IMG/VR virus record: IMGVR_UViG_2711768068_000018 | Span: 1 to 5,558 of that record | DNA from: a virus | Lineage: Duplodnaviria; Heunggongvirae; Uroviricota; Caudoviricetes | Length of the DNA stretch: 5,558 nucleotides | Reading direction: 5' to 3' (one strand) | Part shown: in pieces, positions 1 to 5,267 of the stretch | How the letters are laid out: the number at the start of each line of letters is the position of its first letter | Position numbering within the stretch: the stretch's first letter is position 1 | The notes under the pieces: generated by a model | What the model saw: only the letters and a program-made list of their open reading frames with translations | Databases searched by the model: none | Told to the model about the DNA's origin: nothing | Program-made: the position numbers and the translations under genes

Positions 1-152
1 ACCCAGACACGCAGAGTCTCCGGCGTACAGCCAATCTTTGGAGCAATGGAACAAATTGTCGCCCATTGTGAGTCATATTCGCCCTGACTTTCCAGAACCA
101 TACGGGCTGCCCGTTGACGGACTTCAGGGGAAAAACGAGTATTTTTAGTCAT
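1..152 (-). CDS. IS3-family transposase OrfA, N-terminal part (partial, runs off window)
   Basis: Hand translation of the reverse strand from ATG at 152-150: [50 protein letters not shown]..., matching the recalled N-terminus of IS629/IS1203-type OrfA (HTH region). A GAGG-type RBS lies upstream on the minus strand (gagaaagaggtaaacagg before ATG). Not in the ORF track because it has no stop within the window. Confidence 0.8.
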   Translation of the reverse strand, partial: MTKNTRFSPEVRQRAARMVLESQGEYDSQWATICSIAPKIGCTPETLRVW

Positions 153-206
153 CCTGTTTACCTCTTTCTCAGGAAGTTTAGTCTCCAGGATTCCCGGGGC
201 GGTTCA
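1..206 (-). mobile_element. IS3-family insertion sequence (IS629/IS1203-like), left end only; element continues beyond the window start
   Basis: Minus-strand OrfA starts at 152 and runs off the window. Plus-strand 201-206 GGTTCA is the reverse complement of the TGAACC terminus of IS3-family inverted repeats (minus strand reads TGAACCGCCCCGGGAATCCTGGAG...), so the element/flank junction is placed at 206/207. Family assignment is from recalled similarity, not a search. Confidence 0.7.
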
Positions 207-298
207 TTTGCAGGAACTTATTTTTCACAGACAGCAATGATGCCTGTCAATATATTATTAATATGCGGATTGTTTCAGTTACAGATGCTTTATTAAGG

Positions 299-340
299 AA
301 AAAACAGCCAGCACTGACTTTCGGTGGAGAGGTGCTGGCT
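299..340 (-). terminator. Putative intrinsic terminator acting on minus-strand transcripts
   Basis: Perfect 9-bp inverted repeat 306-314 (AGCCAGCAC) / 332-340 (GTGCTGGCT), with a possible inner 5-bp extension (318-322 / 327-331) around a GGTG loop. On the minus strand it is followed by a run of six T (plus-strand A run 299-304). Confidence 0.4.
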
Positions 341-475
341 CAAAAGGATAGTTGGATTTCACATGATACTTATATCTGGCAGTACATTTTCTGACAGACA
401 GTGACGGGGGGTGTCAAGATATTGTGTCATTTATAACCTGAGTCAGGGGGGGCCCCTATTAAGTTGTCAAGCATG

Positions 476-1672
476 TTATGACGCCTGCGGGGTATAAAAA
501 GTCCCGTCGCGCATCATGGCGAACAGAACGTCGCAGCGTCGTCTCGCCAGGGCGATAAGCGCCTGATTGTGTCGTTTTCCCTGACTCATTTTGCGGGTGT
601 AGTAAGCCCTGGAGAGCGGATCCCTGAGCGCGGCGAAGGCCGACAGGAACAACGCCCGTTTGAGAGCTTTATTACCCCGTCGCGAGGGATGCTCACCGCG
701 TATTGACGAGCCGGATCGCCGAGTTACCGGCGCAAGGCCAGCATAAGCAGCGAGATGTGCGGCAGAGGCGAAGGCGCGGCAGGCGACCTCGGTGAGGAGT
801 CTGGCTGCGGTCCTGACACCGACTCCGGGCATACTGGTCAGGACCGGGTAAAGAGGGTGAGCAAGAACTCGCTGTTCTACCTCAAGCGCCACCTCGTCTC
901 TTTGCTTACGCAGCGTGATGAGCTGGAGTGCCAGACGTGGCAGTACTACGGCAGCGGCATTCGTGCCGGGAACGACGACGGTTTGTTCGGCCAGTGCCTG
1001 AGCTATGTCTGCTGCAAGGCGTTTACCCAGACGAGGCGCAAGTTTGCAGAGCTGGGCTGCCAGCTTCTTCTCACCCAGCGAAGCGAGTTTTTCTGGTGAG
1101 GGATATCGCTGGAGAAGATCGAGTACCGCCGGGTGATCAAGTCTCGGACCGAGAACGCGCTCCAGTGCCGGATGTATCTGGGTCAGAAGGCCGCGGATAC
1201 GGTTGCTGGCCTGCGTTGTCTGTGCGGCAAGATCATCATCGAAGCCGCAGAGCATGGAGAGTTCGGCGATTTGCTCGTCAGCCAGTTTCAGCGTGCGTAG
1301 CGCGTGAGGCAGGGTACGGGCAGCTTCGGCAATGATGGCAGCGTCACGAGCATCAGTTTTAGCTTCACCGGCGTGTAAGTCGGCTATGCGGCGCATGGCC
1401 AGTCCAGGGAGGTATCCGACAAGGACTCCTTCTGAGCGGGCAACGGCGACAGGTAACGCACCGATGGTAGCTGGCTGATCAACAACCAGCAGTATCTGAC
1501 CATGTTGTTTCAGGTCAGATATTAGCGACCTGAGTTTGTTTTCGTCGTTGGGTAATGCTTTATCGAACAGGCGTTTACCTGAACGATTAATGGCTACAGC
1601 GTGATGCGTATCTTTACCGACATCAACGCCGATAAAGACCTGGACGGATTCGTAATCGCTGGATTCGGTCAT
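476..1672 (-). CDS. IS110-family transposase / DEDD-type recombinase
   Basis: 398-aa ORF. N-terminal VFIGVDVGKDTHHAVAI is the hallmark first Asp motif of the RuvC-like DEDD domain of IS110-family transposases; the C-terminal region has YAGLAPVTRRSGSS, the conserved Ser-containing motif of the family's Tnp domain. AGGGAG Shine-Dalgarno 6 nt upstream of the ATG on the minus strand (1673-1690). Confidence 0.9.
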   Translation of the reverse strand: MTESSDYESVQVFIGVDVGKDTHHAVAINRSGKRLFDKALPNDENKLRSLISDLKQHGQILLVVDQPATIGALPVAVARSEGVLVGYLPGLAMRRIADLHAGEAKTDARDAAIIAEAARTLPHALRTLKLADEQIAELSMLCGFDDDLAAQTTQASNRIRGLLTQIHPALERVLGPRLDHPAVLDLLQRYPSPEKLASLGEKKLAAQLCKLAPRLGKRLAADIAQALAEQTVVVPGTNAAAVVLPRLALQLITLRKQRDEVALEVEQRVLAHPLYPVLTSMPGVGVRTAARLLTEVACRAFASAAHLAAYAGLAPVTRRSGSSIRGEHPSRRGNKALKRALFLSAFAALRDPLSRAYYTRKMSQGKRHNQALIALARRRCDVLFAMMRDGTFYTPQAS

Positions 1673-1689
1673 TCTGTCTCCCTTGTATA

Positions 1690-1870
1690 TGGGTTAACCA
1701 GATAACCACGGGGAGCAGGTACCGGCATCCACGTTACAGACGGTCCCGGCAAAAGTGCCTGACCTGACCCCTATTAGCGGTTACCAGCGCCCCACCAGAC
1801 CCGGTGACATCACCCCCCGGATCATGGACGACTGGGGGCAGTAATCATGCCGGGTCTGGCTGGCTAACAC
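1690..1870 (-). ncRNA. Candidate bridge RNA (IS110-type guide RNA) in the 5' leader of the IS110-family recombinase; hypothetical
   Basis: About 180-200 nt GC-rich non-coding leader between the putative -10 (minus strand TATAAT at 1879-1874) and the recombinase RBS, with no plausible ORF. In the IS110 subgroup (e.g. IS621) the bridge RNA is encoded in exactly this position. Structure not verified by eye. Confidence 0.25.
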
Positions 1871-1965
1871 CCCATTATAAGGGGTACGAATAAAGTAACG
1901 GGGCCGGAATGTTATCTGGCATTTTTAGCAGAGCCTGAATGCCATAATCACGGCTCCCGGCGTTG

Positions 1966-1999
1966 GCCGTCAGTGGGTGACACTGGCGGCTTTTTGTTT
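1966..1999 (+). terminator. Strong intrinsic terminator, tR'-like, upstream of the lysis genes
   Basis: 10-bp stem 1966-1975 (GCCGTCAGTG) / 1981-1990 (CACTGGCGGC, one G-U pair), 5-nt loop GGTGA, followed by TTTTTGTTTT (1991-2000). Its position just before the holin gene matches lambdoid tR' at the end of the short late leader (6S) transcript. Confidence 0.6.
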
Positions 2000-2045
2000 T
2001 CCTTTACTTTCATTTTCTGTCGGCGGTGACGGAGACATACATCAG

Positions 2046-2252
2046 ATGGAAAAAATCACAACGGGTGTGTCATACACCACGTCAGCGGTGGGGACGGGAT
2101 ACTGGCTACTGCAGTTGCTGGACAAAGTCTCTCCGTCCCAGTGGGTGGCAATAGGTGTACTGGGGAGTCTGCTGTTTGGCCTGCTGACGTATCTGACTAA
2201 CCTGTATTTCAAAATCAGGGAGGACCGCCGTAAGACGGCGCGGGGGGAGTAA
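2046..2252 (+). CDS. Holin, phage-21 S-like class II pinholin (68 aa)
   Basis: Translation [68 protein letters not shown] closely resembles recalled phage 21 S68 / E. coli EssD-type holins. Two TMDs (Gly/Ala-rich TMD1, hydrophobic TMD2) and a charged C-tail. The ORF-track start at 1977 is a GTG inside the terminator loop; ATG 2046 with a GGAGA Shine-Dalgarno (2030-2034) is the likely true start. Confidence 0.85.
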   Translation: MEKITTGVSYTTSAVGTGYWLLQLLDKVSPSQWVAIGVLGSLLFGLLTYLTNLYFKIREDRRKTARGE

Positions 2253-2256
2253 AGCG

Positions 2257-2616
2257 ATGAAGAAAAAATACGAACTGGGTGTTAAAGGGATAAATAATTA
2301 CCCGGATAAGATTACTGTTACTGTGGCACTGGAAATTGGTGGGTATCCGTCACTGTTGTTGCCAGATGTGGCGATTAGTCTTGACCGTACTGAAGGTGCC
2401 ACGCTGGAGTTTTACGAAGCTGAGGCGAAAAAGCAGGCGAAGCAGTTTTTCATGGATGTTGCTGCCGGGTTATGTGAAGGGGATGGTCCGTTGCCGGAAA
2501 AGCGGCCCATCATTTTAGAGGCGCAGGATGTGTTGATAACCTACAGAGGAAAACTACCGGGAATAATTACTGGTTCTCTGAAGACTACTGAAGACTTAAC
2601 ATATCCAGGGATTTGA
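2257..2616 (+). CDS. Hypothetical soluble acidic protein (119 aa) between holin and endolysin
   Basis: ATG 4 nt after the holin stop with a GGGGGGAG Shine-Dalgarno at 2242-2249, indicating translational coupling. No TM segment and no motif I recognise. This position is empty in phage 21 and lambda. Confidence 0.7.
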   Translation: MKKKYELGVKGINNYPDKITVTVALEIGGYPSLLLPDVAISLDRTEGATLEFYEAEAKKQAKQFFMDVAAGLCEGDGPLPEKRPIILEAQDVLITYRGKLPGIITGSLKTTEDLTYPGI

Positions 2617-2641
2617 AATCGATAAATCCTGATAAATATCC

Positions 2642-3175
2642 ATGAACGCAAAAATCAGATACGGCCTGTCGGCTGCCGTTCTGGCGCTGATTGGTGCAGG
2701 GGCGTCTGCGCCTGAAATCCTCGACCAGTTTCTGGATGAAAAGGAAGGTAACCACACCACAGCATACCGTGATGGTACGGGTATCTGGACCATCTGCCGC
2801 GGTGCCATCCTGGTGGATGGTAAACCTGTCGTCCCGGGCATGAAGTTGTCGAAGGAAAAATGCGACCAGGTTAACGCCATTGAGCGTGATAAGGCGCTGG
2901 CATGGGTGGAGAAAAACATCAAAGTGCCGCTGACCGAACCCCAGAAAGCGGGGATCGCGTCATTCTGTCCGTACAACATTGGTCCCGGTAAGTGTTTCCC
3001 GTCGACGTTTTACAGACGAATTAATGCAGGTGATCGAAAAGGTGCCTGCGAAGCGATTCGCTGGTGGATTAAGGACGGTGGCAGAGACTGCCGTATTCGT
3101 TCAAACAACTGTTACGGTCAGGTATCCCGTCGTGACCAGGAGAGCGCGCTGGCGTGCTGGGGAATCGACAGATAA
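2642..3175 (+). CDS. SAR endolysin (GH24 T4-type lysozyme family, phage-21 R-like)
   Basis: 177 aa. N-terminal weakly hydrophobic Gly/Ala-rich signal-anchor-release segment (YGLSAAVLALIGAGASA), then E35/D44/T50 in the spacing of the GH24 lysozyme catalytic triad (EGNHTTAYRDGTGIWTICRG). Overall collinear with recalled R21 and E. coli RrrD-type lysozymes. Confidence 0.92.
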   Translation: MNAKIRYGLSAAVLALIGAGASAPEILDQFLDEKEGNHTTAYRDGTGIWTICRGAILVDGKPVVPGMKLSKEKCDQVNAIERDKALAWVEKNIKVPLTEPQKAGIASFCPYNIGPGKCFPSTFYRRINAGDRKGACEAIRWWIKDGGRDCRIRSNNCYGQVSRRDQESALACWGIDR

Positions 3176-3314
3176 GAAGAATATTTTGCTGAAAAATGAG
3201 GTTTGCTTACATGGACGGATAACACGAAATCCTGCAAATTGGCAAAATGTAAGTGAATAAAGTCAAAACAGTTGTTTAACACTCAGGCACCGTAATGATG
3301 CCTTTGTCATTTCT

Positions 3315-3336
3315 GCGCATCTCACGCGCATCTCAC
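3315..3336. repeat. Perfect tandem duplication of an 11-bp unit (GCGCATCTCAC x2)
   Basis: 3315-3325 and 3326-3336 are identical, in the intergenic region about 110 bp upstream of the Ant-like gene. Confidence 0.6.
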
Positions 3337-3445
3337 AACACAGAACCTTTCAGGATGACCCTTGAGGATACCGGTTTGGCTGTCGGTGCCTTTCTGTGGG
3401 CTGGATTCCTGTGAGACAAGGTTCATCACTAAAAGGAAATAACCG

Positions 3446-4015
3446 ATGAATATGATGGCCGTGCCGTTTCACGGCAACTCTCTTTATGTAGTTAACCATA
3501 ATGGCGAACCATACGTTCCCATGAAACCTGTCGTTGCGGGGATGGGGCTGGCCTGGCAATCACAGTTGGCTAAGTTAAGACAGCGTTTTGCGTCAACTAT
3601 AACGGAAATCGTTATGGTTGCTGAGGATGGGAAACAACGCAATATGGTGTCCATGCCACTTCGAAAACTTGCCGGCTGGCTACAAACCATTAATCCCAAC
3701 AAAGTAAAACCCGAAATCCGCGATAAGGTCATCCGGTATCAGGAAGAGTGCGACGATGTTCTTTACGAGTACTGGACGAAGGGTTTTGTCGTTAATCCCC
3801 GTAAAATGAGCGTGATGGAAGAACTCAACCAGGCTTGTGCTGACATGAAACGGGATAAAAACATTGCCAGTGTGTTTGCTACCGGGCTGAATGAGTGGAA
3901 ACAGGTTAAAGCCGCGCATGTATCAAAAATCCGTACGCTGGTAAATGAAGCGAATATGCTGATTGATTTTGTCCTGGCTGATACAGGCAAAGGGAAAATA
4001 ACAAAGGCGGATTGA
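3446..4015 (+). CDS. Putative antirepressor-like protein (Ant/AntA N-terminal-domain type), 189 aa
   Basis: ORF with an AGGA Shine-Dalgarno (3433-3436). The N-terminal region (VPFHGNSLYVVNHNGEPYVPMKPVVAGMGLAWQSQ...) resembles, from memory, antirepressor N-terminal domains annotated in enterobacterial prophages. Domain family not confirmed by a search. Confidence 0.7.
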   Translation: MNMMAVPFHGNSLYVVNHNGEPYVPMKPVVAGMGLAWQSQLAKLRQRFASTITEIVMVAEDGKQRNMVSMPLRKLAGWLQTINPNKVKPEIRDKVIRYQEECDDVLYEYWTKGFVVNPRKMSVMEELNQACADMKRDKNIASVFATGLNEWKQVKAAHVSKIRTLVNEANMLIDFVLADTGKGKITKAD

Positions 4016-4026
4016 TGGGGTGGCTA

Positions 4027-4161
4027 ATGATATCAGATAAACTCATAACGCTGGTGAAGAGCCTCTGTGTACTTGTCGGCATTTCATTTTTAGTCATGCT
4101 GGTTGCCATTTTCTTTTCCACCGCCTGGCGAGTCCTGACGTTATCGGGACTGGTGGGGTGA
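4027..4161 (+). CDS. Possible small single-pass membrane protein (44 aa), not in the ORF track
   Basis: ATG 4027 to TGA 4159-4161: [44 protein letters not shown]. One hydrophobic helix. Tiles exactly between the Ant-like stop (4015) and the Rz start (4169); GGGG 6 nt upstream. Could be a chance ORF. Confidence 0.3.
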   Translation: MISDKLITLVKSLCVLVGISFLVMLVAIFFSTAWRVLTLSGLVG

Positions 4162-4168
4162 AAGAGAG

Positions 4169-4636
4169 ATGAACCGTGTTCTGTGTGTGGTGATTATTGT
4201 CATGGCGGTTGGCTGTGGTGCGCTGTGGCTGGCAACAAACCATTACCGTGACAACGCGCTCACCTACAAAGCGCAGCGCGATAAAAAAGCCAGAGAGCTG
4301 GAACAGGCGAATGCCACCATTACTGACATGCAGGTGCGCCAGCGTGATGTTGCTGCGCTCGATGCAAAATACTCGAGGGAGTTAGCCGATGCGAGAGCTG
4401 AAAATGAAACTCTGCGTGCTGATGTTGCCGCTGGTCGTAAGCGCCTGCGGATCAACGCCACCTGCTCCGGTACCGTGCGTGAAGCCACCGGCACCTCCGG
4501 CGTGGATAATGCAACCGGCCCCCGACTGGCAGACACCGCTGAACGGGATTATTTCATCCTCAGAGAACGGTTGATGACAATGCAGAAGCAGCTGGAAGGG
4601 GCACAGGACTATATCCGCACTCAGTGCCTGAACTAA
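4169..4636 (+). CDS. Rz: Rz inner-membrane spanin (i-spanin)
   Basis: 155 aa with an N-terminal TMD ([19 protein letters not shown]) then [32 protein letters not shown]...[24 protein letters not shown], collinear with recalled lambda Rz. AGAGAG Shine-Dalgarno at 4163-4168. Confidence 0.93.
   Translation: MNRVLCVVIIVMAVGCGALWLATNHYRDNALTYKAQRDKKARELEQANATITDMQVRQRDVAALDAKYSRELADARAENETLRADVAAGRKRLRINATCSGTVREATGTSGVDNATGPRLADTAERDYFILRERLMTMQKQLEGAQDYIRTQCLN
4389..4574 (+). CDS. Rz1: Rz1 outer-membrane lipoprotein spanin (o-spanin), embedded in a different frame within Rz
   Basis: 61-aa ORF wholly inside Rz in another frame. Signal peptide plus lipobox (LVVSAC, Cys20) and a proline-rich mature part ([33 protein letters not shown]) that is nearly identical in pattern to recalled lambda Rz1. 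GAGGGAG Shine-Dalgarno 7 nt upstream. The true start may be Met6 (4404). Confidence 0.85.
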   Translation: MRELKMKLCVLMLPLVVSACGSTPPAPVPCVKPPAPPAWIMQPAPDWQTPLNGIISSSENG

Positions 4637-4998
4637 GTTTTGCTGATGCGCCGTATCGTCGCCGTATTCCTGCATTAACAGAGACCGCAGCCCGACAGGG
4701 AGACTCCTCTGCGAGAGTGTGCGGGGATAATCAAAAACGATACACACCGGGGTTTACCGCGTAAACGGAGCGCGGCGTTCTCCCCTCATGGTCGCCCGTC
4801 CGGTGCGATGGTGGAAGAAACTGGAATCTGTTCAATAAAAAAACTGCCGTGTTGGAGTCACAGCAGTAATGTACTGATTGGGTAGAAGATTATTATTGTT
4901 ATGCTTTATTCTTATTCTATATGGCTGATTATTTCAATTCGGAATTAATACAGCTAATGTCTGTGAGTTTTTATAAATTCAGCAATATAAAGAAATAG

Positions 4999-5226
4999 TT
5001 ATATGAACAGCCATCGCAGAGCATACTGTGTATCATTCTTTTTTATAGTCAACTGACGGGCATATTTTATGTCTGCTGCCAGCTCCCGGCGGCAAGATTC
5101 AATGACCCACGCAGAAAAATTTTCTGAACCTTTCTGGTCAAGAGCGATGTTAATTTGTTCAATCATCTGGTTTGGAAATCGGATGTTGCGGGTTGTTGTT
5201 CTGCGGGGCCGGTTTTTCGATGACAT
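4999..5226 (-). CDS. Small DUF3950/YlcI-YnfO-like protein, possible ribbon-helix-helix DNA-binding fold (75 aa)
   Basis: MSSKNRPRRTTTRNIRFPNQMIEQINIALDQKGSENFSAWVIESCRREL... resembles recalled YlcI/YnfO-family small prophage proteins found beside terminase genes. AGAGGA-type Shine-Dalgarno on the minus strand just upstream of the ATG at 5226. Confidence 0.65.
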   Translation of the reverse strand: MSSKNRPRRTTTRNIRFPNQMIEQINIALDQKGSENFSAWVIESCRRELAADIKYARQLTIKKNDTQYALRWLFI

Positions 5227-5267
5227 TTTCTTTCCTCTGGTGACAAGCTATATGGCGAGGATTTTAC

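Larger units (their letters stand above)
445..1895 (-). mobile_element. IS110-family insertion sequence (complete; boundaries approximate)
   Basis: Contains the IS110-family transposase CDS (476-1672) plus about 200 bp of GC-rich 5' leader (1673 to about 1880). No terminal inverted repeats are visible, as expected for this family. Boundaries are estimated from an outward-facing TTGACA on the minus strand at 470-465, just past the transposase stop, and an inward-facing TATAAT on the minus strand at 1879-1874. GC content (about 60%) is higher than the surrounding phage DNA. Confidence 0.45.

Noticed and set aside
114-296. 60-aa plus-strand ORF spanning the IS629-like terminus
   Set aside because: It crosses the IS/flank junction at 206/207 and overlaps the IS OrfA region on the opposite strand, so it is a chimeric chance ORF.
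396-471. Quasi-repeat GGGGGG...TGTCAAG occurring twice (about 396-418 and 445-471) near the IS110 3' end
   Set aside because: The copies are imperfect and IS110-family elements make no target duplications or terminal repeats. Kept only as part of the boundary discussion.
207-475. Search for tRNA genes or a recognisable pR'/qut late promoter between the two IS elements
   Set aside because: No T-loop (GTTCGAATC-like) or cloverleaf-compatible sequence found. Candidate -35/-10 hexamers on the plus strand have wrong spacing (14 or 24 bp). Cannot be assigned without comparison to an intact phage.
755-1335. Two plus-strand ORFs (755-1099 and 928-1335) inside the IS110 transposase region
   Set aside because: Both are antisense to a well-supported transposase CDS. 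Their Arg/Gly/Cys-rich translations are typical of antisense frames in GC-rich DNA.
1977-2045. N-terminal extension of the holin ORF in the track (start at 1977)
   Set aside because: The 1977 start is a GTG inside the loop of the tR'-like terminator hairpin and the extension spans the T run. ATG 2046 with a GGAGA Shine-Dalgarno gives a 68-aa protein matching pinholin length.
2336-3260. ORFs 2336-2518 (+), 2596-2979 (-) and 2979-3260 (+)
   Set aside because: Alternate-frame or antisense overlaps of the 119-aa gene and the endolysin, with low-complexity Arg/Ser/Trp-rich translations and no RBS.
3295-3414. 39-aa ORF (MMPLSFLRISRASHNTEPFRMTLEDTGLAVGAFLWAGFL) in the endolysin-to-ant intergenic region
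   Set aside because: No RBS, it spans the 11-bp tandem repeat, and its composition is not protein-like. More likely non-coding regulatory sequence.
3350-4121. Minus-strand ORFs 3350-3559, 3484-3732, 3680-3919, 3763-3990 and 3906-4121
   Set aside because: All are antisense to the Ant-like gene or the 44-aa ORF, which have better coding signals. No independent support.
4197-4747. ORFs 4197-4385 (+), 4264-4536 (-) and 4382-4747 (-) overlapping Rz
   Set aside because: Alternate-frame or antisense to Rz. The only genuine embedded gene here is Rz1 (4389-4574), which has a lipoprotein signal and conserved proline-rich domain.
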